Of a stretch of 64,000 nucleotides of DNA, positions 31,320 through 40,747 are shown in pieces. Within the stretch, counting starts at the first letter, position 1, and each line of letters begins with the position of its first letter. Position numbers and translations under genes: made by a program. Source of the DNA: Candidatus Oxydemutatoraceae bacterium (lineage in GTDB: Bacteria > Pseudomonadota > Gammaproteobacteria > Poriferisulfidales > Oxydemutatoraceae); assembly GCA_965219575.1 (NCBI GenBank), contig OZ244779.1:2028769-2092768 (forward strand). The letters run 5' to 3'. The notes beneath the pieces were generated by a model, which saw only the letters and a list, made by a program, of their open reading frames with translations, was not told the origin of the DNA and searched no databases.

Positions 31320-33860
31320 TCACTGGAGAGGGCCCTCGAGAAATACTTTGGCGCGTATCATCAAAGCCGGGCGAGTGGTATAAATTCGGCTTGCCGAGTC
31401 AACAGTCCTGCCATATCCCTGCCTATCCGTATAGGTTCCTCTCACACGAAATAGACTACGCTCTTCTACTAAAGGAAATGGGACATTTCCTACCGATACA
31501 TTAGAACCCGGTATTACATGCGGCGTTCCGATAGCTCCGTCAATATCCATCCAACTATTCTCCGACTCCGAGGGACAACTGCCCTCATTTCCTTCGCATA
31601 CCTGCCATTGATACACTATAGTCCCACTGGTGCCACCGTCGGGATCCTCGGACACAACCGATGCCGTCCATGTCGACAGTGTCGTCCCGTTGCTATCATC
31701 TATCTCTAGCGAAGTTCGCAAAGTTATATGGCCGTTATTTTGCTTGTTCACTACCACCGACACCATTCCCGTCGTAGAAGCAATGCCATCGCTTACCGTC
31801 ACTTCTAATTCCACCGTCGTTTTAGTGGAAACAACATCGGTTATAAAGTAGTCTGGGATACTCAATGTCGCCGGATTTCCGGATACCTCTATTCCGGTAT
31901 ATCGGCTGTTCACACGCCAAGCATAAGTCAAACTATCTCTGTTCGCATCAACCGCATTGACTACGATACGCTGCATGGCACCCTCCTCTATCATCTCGGG
32001 TGCCATAATGCTTTCAATAACCGGGTTTTCGTTTGCAACCCTATACGGATTGGATCGGATTGTCGTCTCTTGTCCTATATTGTCTACGATCGTTACGTCC
32101 AACCTATAAATCGTATCTGCGGCTCGGGCAGCATTAGACAATGGTATTGTATAGGTATCGCTGTTTGCTCCATTTATTATGAGATCATTTCTATACCACT
32201 GATAGCTTGTCATGGCGATACCGTTCGCATCCTCTACCGTTGAAGTCTCGATAAGCAACTGCCATTGATCATTGCTATCCGACCCTATGATTATACTGCC
32301 GGTCGGTTTCGCATCAACACTTACTGTCAGGGTTGTATCATCGCCGGCTAAACCTTCGCTATCGGTTGCGGTAAATGTGATTGTCGCTGTTCCGGCTTGA
32401 CCGGCGGTTAGTGTGAAAGTGATATTCATGTTCGCTGCTATGTCGGGAATCTCCACCGGCATCACCGATACGACAGATTGGTTCGAAGACATTGCTGTCA
32501 CATCGACTGTATCGTTCACATCAAAGTTTTGATCCTTCACTAATATCACAATATTCGCAGTACTCCCCGTTTCTATCGTCAGTGTCGACAAGAAAATAAT
32601 CTCAAGGGTCGGAGCTTCGTTTTCATCAACGAGGGTAGGAAATTGAGTTGATGTTCCGAAATCCCACACCGACAAACTCCAATTACTATATATTCCGTTA
32701 TTAGTCATGGGTGATGTGAGATTCCCGGCAGTTTGTCCTGCAGTATACGAAAGTGGCGAACCTGAACCTATATCGTTAAGCGTAGAACCTGTTGCTCTTA
32801 GCCAATAGCTAAAGCTAATAGCATTTGACAAATTATTACCAACCAATCCGCCTACAAAAGAACGGGCACCTGTAACAGAACCCGTTGTATAACTATTCAT
32901 AATAGGACTGTTGTTCAAACCGACTAAACCGCCTACATTAGAGTCGGTACCTTCAACAGAACCCGTCGCATAATTATTCATAATGGGGCTGGAATTCCCA
33001 CCGACCAAACCGCCTACATTGGAACGATCCCCGATAATGGAACCCGTCGCATAGCTACTCGTAATGGAGCCGCCAATACTTCCACCGACTAAACCGCCGG
33101 CCCCGGAGCCTACCGTTAGGTACCTGCCTGTAACAAAACCTGTGGCGTAGCTGTCTGTGATAGTCCCTCCGGCATTCCCACCGACTAAACCACCTACAAA
33201 AGAATCGGTTCCTGTGACGGAACATGTCGCATGACTATTCGTGATAGTGCCACCATCATTTCCACCGACCAAACCACCGACATCGGCAGAGGTTCCGGTA
33301 ACCGAACCTGTGGCATAGCTAGCCGTGATGACACCTTCACTCTCGCCGGCTAAACTACCCGCATAAGAAGGAGAAGTAGAAGTTCCTATGACATTTACAT
33401 TTAGCAAACCAATATCAGAAATTTCAGCCCCGCTTCCTACATAGCCGAACAAGCCTATGTGATCAATACTGCTGTTGATCATAAGGTTGGAAATAGTGTA
33501 GCCGTTGCCTTTGAACATTGCGTTGAAAGTATTAGACGAAGTTCCAATCGGTTGCCAGCCTGCTCCCGTAGTCCATCTGTTTCTATTGGCCGGGGCGTTG
33601 CGATAACTTGCATTATTGTTGAAGTCCAAGTGTCTCATCAACTCGTAGCCATTACAACCGTTCGTAGGACAACCCGTAGTAATCTCTACTCCACTTAACT
33701 GCAGACCACTGCCGTCCGGTTGACGGCGTACCGCATCCAAGTCTTCCAAATAATAAATCTCTATCAGACCATCGTCGTCGGTGTCTATGTCGGTGACAGT
33801 CTGCGCAGTAAGATTTGCACTGAATAGTGCAAGTAGAATAATCAACAAGAGGGTTTTCAT
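31320..33860 (-). CDS. Secreted surface/adhesin-like protein with GLUG repeats and Ig/cadherin-like domains
   Basis: Signal peptide, DxDDDGLIEI, repeated VGGLVG..N....I.NSYATGSV units, beta-rich Ig-like modules and C-terminal IRAKVFLEGPLQ. Confidence 0.85.
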   Translation of the reverse strand: MKTLLLIILLALFSANLTAQTVTDIDTDDDGLIEIYYLEDLDAVRRQPDGSGLQLSGVEITTGCPTNGCNGYELMRHLDFNNNASYRNAPANRNRWTTGAGWQPIGTSSNTFNAMFKGNGYTISNLMINSSIDHIGLFGYVGSGAEISDIGLLNVNVIGTSTSPSYAGSLAGESEGVITASYATGSVTGTSADVGGLVGGNDGGTITNSHATCSVTGTDSFVGGLVGGNAGGTITDSYATGFVTGRYLTVGSGAGGLVGGSIGGSITSSYATGSIIGDRSNVGGLVGGNSSPIMNNYATGSVEGTDSNVGGLVGLNNSPIMNSYTTGSVTGARSFVGGLVGNNLSNAISFSYWLRATGSTLNDIGSGSPLSYTAGQTAGNLTSPMTNNGIYSNWSLSVWDFGTSTQFPTLVDENEAPTLEIIFLSTLTIETGSTANIVILVKDQNFDVNDTVDVTAMSSNQSVVSVMPVEIPDIAANMNITFTLTAGQAGTATITFTATDSEGLAGDDTTLTVSVDAKPTGSIIIGSDSNDQWQLLIETSTVEDANGIAMTSYQWYRNDLIINGANSDTYTIPLSNAARAADTIYRLDVTIVDNIGQETTIRSNPYRVANENPVIESIMAPEMIEEGAMQRIVVNAVDANRDSLTYAWRVNSRYTGIEVSGNPATLSIPDYFITDVVSTKTTVELEVTVSDGIASTTGMVSVVVNKQNNGHITLRTSLEIDDSNGTTLSTWTASVVSEDPDGGTSGTIVYQWQVCEGNEGSCPSESENSWMDIDGAIGTPHVIPGSNVSVGNVPFPLVEERSLFRVRGTYTDRQGYGRTVDSASRIYTTRPALMIRAKVFLEGPLQ

Positions 33861-34004
33861 TTTTTAATAAATTATTACAGCTTTGCTAACCGGAATGACC
33901 TTGACTTTCCCCCCAAAATCAGCTTTATTCAAAATCTATATTGTAATAATAAAAATCTTTGTGTCAACTAAATATACGATGCTGTAAGCACAAAGTAGTA
34001 ATGT

Positions 34005-34298
34005 GGGGCTGTTGAAAAAGTACCGCTTTGCACGAATTCAACTGCTTTGCACCACATGTATGATAACCACAAAGTCGTAGGGGCAGACCTGTGTGTCTGC
34101 CCTTAAGTACCGTTCTGCACGACTGTAACCGATTGCGCCATTTGGTTTTGGTTTCCATAAATCGGGTGGATGAATGTATAAATCGTGCCGACCAGCACAT
34201 TACGGGCAGAATAGAGCCACCGATTGAGCCAGTAGGTCAACTGGCTATTCAATTGAAGTCCGCCCCTACATTTTATGGAATACTTTTTCAATAGCCCC
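34005..34298. mobile_element. MITE copy
   Basis: GGGGCTGTTGAAAAA...TTTTTCAATAGCCCC. Confidence 0.7.
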
Positions 34299-34424
34299 AT
34301 TTTCCGGCGGAAAAAGTGCTTTTCTAGCGGAAAGATTAGGCTCTCAAGAGTCCAATATGTATCCGGCATTATACCGATACTAAATTTGGAGAAAACATCA
34401 AATTGATTAAATGTAGCATGGTTT

Positions 34425-34441
34425 CTTAAGAGTAACAAACT
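34425..34441 (+). other. Putative recombination site 1 (CTTAAGAGTAACAAACT)
   Basis: Identical 17-mer at the 5' end of all three porin paralogs. Confidence 0.75.
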
Positions 34442-35855
34442 TACGCTTTTTCTGGTCGGACTGGCGATGGTAGCAATGCCGTTTACTAATGCTTCCGCCG
34501 ATGCCCATGGCGAGACCTTTAACATCTACGGCTGGCAAAACTGGTCTTATGAGTTCGTTGACGCTGACGGTGTTGATGGCGATGGCGACCCCTTTAAACG
34601 CAACTTTGACCGTTTGAGTAATAATGCTGCGAATCTCGGATTCATGGCGCATATGGACACCGGTATTGAAGGTTTGCAAGTTGGTTTTCGTTGCGAACAG
34701 TTTACTTTCTTCGGACGCAGAAATGAATTCACCAACTGGTGTAACCGTAACTCCAAAATCAGCCTTCGCCATGAAACAATGGGTGAAATTATGTTCGCTC
34801 AGTGGCTACTGCCGTATAACGAAATCGTTGCCCAGTGGGTAGATCCTTTCTACGATGCCGGTGCCGATTCACACTCTAGTATTATGGGTAATATCGGTGG
34901 TGCTGCAGACCGTGCCGGTGGCTGGCTGAGTTCTCTGTTCTACAACGGTGGCTTTGACATCGATGAAGGTGATTTTACCAAGGAATATGGTGCGTTAGCG
35001 TTTAGCCGTCGTCAAGAAGGTATAGTCCAATATGTGTGGCCTAATACTTCGGCGATGGCGAGTCAAACCCGAGACGGTTTCCAATTCCGCTTTGCGATTA
35101 CATCAGGAGATGAGATTGAAAGAGTGGGTGCTGATACCCAGCGACTCACTGGTAGAGATGTTGATCCCCGCATCCTGTCCACCGGTGTTGCCTATCAACA
35201 CAATATGGGCAACAGCCAAATTTGGGTTGCTGCCGCTTATGAGCAACACGAGGATGTTAGTGCGGTCAACCTTGGTAGCAATTCCGATGAAGTAAATGAT
35301 TTGTACTGCGATGACTCAGACGACGAGGGCTATCGAATTGCCGGTCGCTATAAGTTCGATTGGGGCAACGGTCAGTCCACTTGGATTGCGGCGATGTATG
35401 AAACATTGGAATACGATGCAAGTTGTCAATTGGTAACACAGGTCGCTCGACCTGCTATGGGCAACAATCCTGCCACACCTACCATGTTTGGAGACACCGA
35501 TAACACTAATGCTCCCATTTGGTCCGGTGTTGAACGCGATGCATTTATGATTTCCGGCAAGCATGATTTCGGCAACAGTATAGATTTCCGCTTCTCGTAT
35601 ATGGATGCAGACGAGTGGGACTGTGATGCCGATGTTTGTAGAGCGGAAGACGAGCGAGACACCGATGCAGACGCAATCAATGTCGGCTTGTTCTACACGA
35701 TGCCGGCAGGCACCGAACTGCGTGCCACCTATTCCGAGGTCAGCAACGAAAACAACGCCGGTTACGACTTCGGCATTTATCCCGGTGCCAATGGTAATGC
35801 CATAGGTGGAGATATAGAAATGTTCGCCGTCGGTATAGTCCACTACTTCGACTAA
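34425..35855 (+). CDS. Porin paralog A; putatively silent cassette lacking its own start codon and RBS
   Basis: Gram-negative porin features with C-terminal AVGIVHYFD. The frame continues upstream as LKSNKLTLFLVGLAMVAMPFTNASA, with no in-frame start before a TGA at 34404. Confidence 0.85.
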   Translation, partial: LKSNKLTLFLVGLAMVAMPFTNASADAHGETFNIYGWQNWSYEFVDADGVDGDGDPFKRNFDRLSNNAANLGFMAHMDTGIEGLQVGFRCEQFTFFGRRNEFTNWCNRNSKISLRHETMGEIMFAQWLLPYNEIVAQWVDPFYDAGADSHSSIMGNIGGAADRAGGWLSSLFYNGGFDIDEGDFTKEYGALAFSRRQEGIVQYVWPNTSAMASQTRDGFQFRFAITSGDEIERVGADTQRLTGRDVDPRILSTGVAYQHNMGNSQIWVAAAYEQHEDVSAVNLGSNSDEVNDLYCDDSDDEGYRIAGRYKFDWGNGQSTWIAAMYETLEYDASCQLVTQVARPAMGNNPATPTMFGDTDNTNAPIWSGVERDAFMISGKHDFGNSIDFRFSYMDADEWDCDADVCRAEDERDTDADAINVGLFYTMPAGTELRATYSEVSNENNAGYDFGIYPGANGNAIGGDIEMFAVGIVHYFD

Positions 35856-35970
35856 ACCATTAAATTAAGAAAAACATATAGACACGGATGTCGCGGAAGC
35901 TTCCCTCCGATTGGAGGGAAGACTTCTGACCTTCCCCCAGTTCCTGGAGGCAAGGTCAAGTCCAATCGCT

Positions 35971-36819
35971 ATGCGGATTAACGTCATGATCATTTCACAT
36001 CAACTCAAAATTATATTTATAAAATGTAAAAAGGTTTCAGGGACATCATTTGAAATAGCACTTTCAAAGTACTGCGATCCCGACGATATAATTACCAGAT
36101 TGAAAGGGGAAGAAGAGGAAAGACGAATTTCTCGGGGGTTTACTAAAGCATCAAACAGTAAAACTTTGCTGGCTTTACAGGGAAAACTAATCATGGCGAA
36201 ATTAAGGATGCGTCCAGGCATAAATAATTGGTGCAAATATAGACCACATATGTCTCATTTAGGAGCATATGAAATTAAAGAAACATCCCCCCCCGATGTT
36301 TGGAATAATTACCTGAAAATAGCGATTATACGCAGCCCCTATCAAAAAGCTATTTCTTATTATTTCTGGAAGAAAAGATCTCAAAAACTAAAATTCGTAA
36401 ACAAAGATTTTGAACAATTTATATCTTTGACATGTCGTAGGCGTAAAAACAATCCGTTAATGGATTACGACTTGATACATATTGCCGGAAAGTCAGTTCT
36501 TGATTTTGTAATTAGATACGAAAATCTAGTCAAGGACATTTCAAAACTAGAAACCAAGATAGCCGTCCCCGGACTATTAGAAACATATCGGAGTATTGGT
36601 GCTAAAAGAAATATCCGTCCGGCAACGAGAACATCTCCTTACGAGGTATATCTGCGTTACCCCAAAGCAAAGCTAATGATAGATCAACTTTATCAGGAAA
36701 ATTACGATAAGTACGAATTATTAAGGAAATACTTTCCGATATATAAATCTGAGATGGAAAGTATTTTAAAAATGAACCCTATCAAAGACACAAACAGTGG
36801 AAAGCTTCCCTCCGAGTGA
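35971..36819 (+). CDS. Sulfotransferase family 2-like protein
   Basis: MIISHQLKIIFIKCKKVSGTS and IRSPYQKAISYYF motifs, plus DFVIRYENL. Start uncertain (35971 or 35986). Confidence 0.7.
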   Translation: MRINVMIISHQLKIIFIKCKKVSGTSFEIALSKYCDPDDIITRLKGEEEERRISRGFTKASNSKTLLALQGKLIMAKLRMRPGINNWCKYRPHMSHLGAYEIKETSPPDVWNNYLKIAIIRSPYQKAISYYFWKKRSQKLKFVNKDFEQFISLTCRRRKNNPLMDYDLIHIAGKSVLDFVIRYENLVKDISKLETKIAVPGLLETYRSIGAKRNIRPATRTSPYEVYLRYPKAKLMIDQLYQENYDKYELLRKYFPIYKSEMESILKMNPIKDTNSGKLPSE

Positions 36820-36841
36820 TGTTGCCCCAAAAAACTGAGCT

Positions 36842-37660
36842 ATGAAAATACTTCGCTGCAAGCAATCAAAAGCGTTAAGGAATTGGATAAAGAACCGCGA
36901 GTTCAAGAAATACGAATCAACCGAATATTTGCTTAGTTATAAGAAAGGGCGGTCGACGAATAAACTTTATAAATTCCTGCTTGCCGATATTGACTGTCAG
37001 GTTATTATGAAAGTTTCCCAAATAAATAGACCTTTTGAATTGATATTAAAGCATTATTTACGGGATGCCAACCACATGGCTTTTCGTTGTTGCAAGAAAG
37101 CCTATTCCCATAATCTGGCGGCACCCGAACCTTTTGCTTATTGGAGAAAGCGCGATAGTTTGACACAAGTTAAGAGTTATTTTTTATATTAGTATATAGA
37201 GGCAGACTTTCAGGTTGGGGAGATATACGAGAAATAAGTAAAACCAAGCGTTATCGATTCAAAGCAAAAAAAGGCATTAATAAGACAAAAAATCATCAGT
37301 GCGCTTAAATCCCTTCATCGGCAAGGTATACGGCACGGAGATGTAGCAACGCATAATATATTGATGTCTGTCGAAAACACAGACAATTTATCAAGCGCAA
37401 GAGTTTATTTTATAGATTATGAAAAAGCCTCTCTTACTAAAATCAAATATCCGGCTTTTATTAGAAGATTTTTTGATCTAAGAGATTTACGCATAATGAC
37501 AATAGGCAATGCCTCACAGTACGATATGCTTAGGCTTTATTTAGGAAGCGATTATCACTCTTTATGGAATATGGTATTAACTTTTTGGCGGTGGGGGGGA
37601 TTTAATCCTTTCCGATGGCGTAATCCCGACACTCGTAAAATTAGAAAACACATGAGATAA
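36842..37660 (+). pseudogene. LPS kinase-like (Kdo/WaaP/InaA family) pseudogene
   Basis: Single frame with in-frame stops TAG 37190 and TAA 37235. HGD..N and FID kinase motifs. Intact paralog at 47114. Confidence 0.8.
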
Positions 37661-37686
37661 AAGAAACCGCCGCCCGAAGGCGGCGG
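37659..37686 (-). terminator. Rho-independent terminator of porin B
   Basis: CCGCCGCC-TTCG-GGCGGCGG hairpin followed by a T-rich tract on the minus strand. Confidence 0.85.
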
Positions 37687-37751
37687 CTCGTGCTATCCCT
37701 AGCACTTGGTCATTCAATAAAATTTCATCCATGAAATCTATATATGGTATT

Positions 37752-39425
37752 TTAGTCGAAGTAGTGGACTATACCGACGGCGAACATTTCTACGTCCTCG
37801 GCTTCGTTATCATCGGGCACATTCCATAGGTTTGTGCTACCGATACCGAAGTCGTACCCTGAGTTCCTTTCGTTATCTACTTTTGAATAGGTTAAACGTA
37901 GTTCGGTACCTGCCGGCATTGTATAAAACACGCCGACGTTATAAGCCTGAGCGTCGGTATCTCTATCGAGAAAGTAATTGTCGTTTCTCATGCTTTCTGC
38001 GGTTGCGGTGTCATCTCCGACATTCGTGTGACTACGATTAGTGTTGTTAACACGCTGATTACCTGCGAAGCCACCTGCAAATCCTGCATACTCGCTATAA
38101 AAGCCGGGTTCGCCACAGACACCACCGGGACATTCCAAATCGTCGGCATCCATATACGAGAAGCGGATATCAAATCCGTTGCCGAAGCTATGCTTGCCGG
38201 AAATCATGAAAGAATCGCGTTCTACATCGCTCCAGAGCGTATTTATAGGTTGGAGAGATCTGTTCACACCGGTGACGGGGTCAACACGGTTGGTATTACC
38301 ATTATCTAGGTATGTCATACAACCATCGGCATCGTACTCTAATGTCTCAAACATGCCAGCAATCCATGTGGATTGACCGTTACCCCAGTCATGCTTATAA
38401 CGAGCTGCAACGCGATAGGCTTCGTCGTCCGAGTCTTGGCAGAAGACACCGGCACCGTATTGTTCATCGGGAAAACTAGTCGGGCGAGCAAGTTCACGAG
38501 CGGTAACATCTTCGTGTTTTTGATAAGCTACTGCAACCCAGATTTGATCGTTGCCCATATTATGTTGATACGATGCACCGGTTGACCAAATGCGAGGATC
38601 CAGTTCATAACCACCATTCTCTGGTGAGTCTGTATAGCCATCTAATGCCCTGTTCCCGAAATAAGCATTATAATAATTATCGCCGGTGTCGTCTCTGTCA
38701 GCCGCGTCAAAAGTATCTCGAACATCCAAATGTGCTTCATCATAAGCACCGGATGTCATCGCAAAACGGAACTGAAAACCGTCTCGGGTTTGACTTGCCA
38801 TAGCCGAAGTATTCGGCCAGACATACTGGATGATTTCTTCTTGGCGGCGATTAAAGCTCAGTGCGTATAGCCCTTCATAACTGAAGTCTGCCCCCGTACC
38901 TAGCGGGAAAGTGCCACCATTGTAGAAGACACCTCCGAAACCAACATTACCCATAATGCTGGTATGCGAATCGGCACCAGCATCGTAGAACGGATCTACC
39001 CACTGGGCGACGATCTCGTTATATGGCAATAGCCATTGACCGAGCATAATCTCACCCATCGTCTCATGACGAAGACTGATTTTAGAGTTACGATTACACC
39101 ACCCCGACGAAGTAAATCGGTTATGGAATGTAAATTGCTCACAACGAAAACCGACTTGCAGGCCCTGGATACCGGTATCCACATGCGCCATGAAGCCGAT
39201 ATTTGCCGCATTACCTTGAATGCGATCAAACTCTCTTTCATCGGCATGACCACTGAAATAACGATTGTTCTCAAAGGTTCGATCTGCTTCTACATATTCA
39301 TACGACCAGTTTTGCCAGCCGTATATGTTAATAGTCTCGCCATGACCAGCGGCGGAAGCATTAGTAAACGGCGTTGCCATCATCGCTAGCCCGACCAGAA
39401 AAAGCATAAGTTTGTTACTCTTAAG
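37752..39425 (-). CDS. Porin paralog B (longer loops); putatively silent cassette
   Basis: Same family, ending AVGIVHYFD. The frame starts LKSNKLMLFLVG at the shared site, with an in-frame TAA upstream and no RBS. An internal ATG exists at 39407. Confidence 0.85.
   Translation of the reverse strand, partial: LKSNKLMLFLVGLAMMATPFTNASAAGHGETINIYGWQNWSYEYVEADRTFENNRYFSGHADEREFDRIQGNAANIGFMAHVDTGIQGLQVGFRCEQFTFHNRFTSSGWCNRNSKISLRHETMGEIMLGQWLLPYNEIVAQWVDPFYDAGADSHTSIMGNVGFGGVFYNGGTFPLGTGADFSYEGLYALSFNRRQEEIIQYVWPNTSAMASQTRDGFQFRFAMTSGAYDEAHLDVRDTFDAADRDDTGDNYYNAYFGNRALDGYTDSPENGGYELDPRIWSTGASYQHNMGNDQIWVAVAYQKHEDVTARELARPTSFPDEQYGAGVFCQDSDDEAYRVAARYKHDWGNGQSTWIAGMFETLEYDADGCMTYLDNGNTNRVDPVTGVNRSLQPINTLWSDVERDSFMISGKHSFGNGFDIRFSYMDADDLECPGGVCGEPGFYSEYAGFAGGFAGNQRVNNTNRSHTNVGDDTATAESMRNDNYFLDRDTDAQAYNVGVFYTMPAGTELRLTYSKVDNERNSGYDFGIGSTNLWNVPDDNEAEDVEMFAVGIVHYFD
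39409..39425 (-). other. Putative recombination site 2 (inverted)
   Basis: AGTTTGTTACTCTTAAG is the reverse complement of the 17-mer. The match to site 3 extends to 20 bp (extra AAA). Confidence 0.75.
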
Positions 39426-39598
39426 TTTTTTTACGGTATAGCGAAGTTAAAATGAAATCGCCTTGCATTGCCGATAAGTTTATTGTCCTTTGTTTTATAG
39501 AGCAACAGCATAGGTATAATAAGCGTGCATTTGCTTATGGCAATTTATACAAATGAGGTTTTCCGACCTCATACTTATTAATAAAAGAGGATCATTAT

Positions 39599-40573
39599 AT
39601 GAAAGAAAAAACTATAGAGATTATGGAAAGATCCGGGCATACCGTCTCGGAGATGATAGACCGCTATATTAAAGAAGTCTCAATCATTCACCCCAACACC
39701 GTAAAAAATCAAGGTAGTCATCTGAAGTGGTGGCAACAAGAAATAGGACATTATCATTTGAGCAGTGTGAGACCTGCGGTGTTGATTGAATACCGAAAAA
39801 AATTATTATGCGAGGTGTGCTGTCGAGGGAAACCTCGTTCTACGGCGACGGTTAATCGCTATTTTTCTACATTGGGTCGTGTTTTTGCCGTTGCGATAAA
39901 AGAATGGGAATGGATGGAAAGTTCACCGTTGCAAAATATCTCCAAGCTGGAAGAGCCTGTCGGGCGCACTCGTTTTTTATCCGAGCAAGAAATCAGCCGC
40001 TTGTTAGATGCGTGTGCCTCTCTGAACCATCAAGATTTATATACTGCGGTTGTATTGGCGTTGAGCACTTGCGCTCGGCGTATGGAGATTATGTCTCTGC
40101 ATTGGCAACATGTAGACCTTGATCTTGGCGTTATCTATTTGCATAAGACTAAAAACAAAACCAGCCGTGCTGTTCCTCTGCAAGGTTATGCACTTGAGTT
40201 AATTCGCGCAAGGTATCAGTCGACGGTCGCTCTGTCGGCATTGGTATTTCCCAGCCGCTTAAAACCCAATCAGCCGGTTAGTCTCAGAACATCTTGGGAG
40301 AAAGCGTTATTGTTATCGGGCATCAAAGATTTTCGCTGGCACGATCTAAGGCATACCGGTGCATCTTATCTTGCAATGCAGGGTGCTTCATTGACGGAAC
40401 TATCTGAAATACTGGGACATAAAACATTGCAGATGGTTAAGCGTTATGCGCATCTCTCGTTACCACACACAATTCAAATTGTCGCCAGAATGAATCAAAC
40501 CCTTTTTGAAAAGTCGGTTAAAAACAAAAAATGGCTCAAAAACCGGCAAAATCCTTACAAATCCAGCAAATAA
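39599..40573 (+). CDS. Tyrosine recombinase (phage integrase / Rci-like)
   Basis: Catalytic set R (STCARRMEI), K (KTKN), HxxR (HDLRH), H (LGH) and Y (KRYAH). Confidence 0.93.
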   Translation: MKEKTIEIMERSGHTVSEMIDRYIKEVSIIHPNTVKNQGSHLKWWQQEIGHYHLSSVRPAVLIEYRKKLLCEVCCRGKPRSTATVNRYFSTLGRVFAVAIKEWEWMESSPLQNISKLEEPVGRTRFLSEQEISRLLDACASLNHQDLYTAVVLALSTCARRMEIMSLHWQHVDLDLGVIYLHKTKNKTSRAVPLQGYALELIRARYQSTVALSALVFPSRLKPNQPVSLRTSWEKALLLSGIKDFRWHDLRHTGASYLAMQGASLTELSEILGHKTLQMVKRYAHLSLPHTIQIVARMNQTLFEKSVKNKKWLKNRQNPYKSSK

Positions 40574-40622
40574 AATGTGTTGCTGAAAAACAACACTATT
40601 TGCCGGAATAGTTACTTTTTTA

Positions 40623-40651
40623 TTGAATTATCGGTTAGACAAAACTATAAT
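40623..40651 (+). promoter_or_regulatory. Sigma70 promoter for the expressed porin
   Basis: TTGAAT-17 bp-TATAAT; AAGGAG RBS at 40734-40739. Confidence 0.75.
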
Positions 40652-40747
40652 CTATCCCAATTAAGTAAACCTAGTGTTGTTTATATGGTACTAACTAAGT
40701 CATTAGCTATGCTGTTCACAACACATTAACATAAAGGAGAAAATTTT

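Noticed and set aside
36842-37660. Stop-codon readthrough or recoding in the kinase gene
   Set aside because: It has two different stops (TAG and TAA), and both codons terminate normal genes in this window, so simple pseudogenisation is more likely.
39599-40573. Integrase as a prophage or integron integrase
   Set aside because: No phage genes, tRNA att site, IntI-specific insertion or attC-like cassette ends were seen. Its position between inverted sites fits an invertase better.
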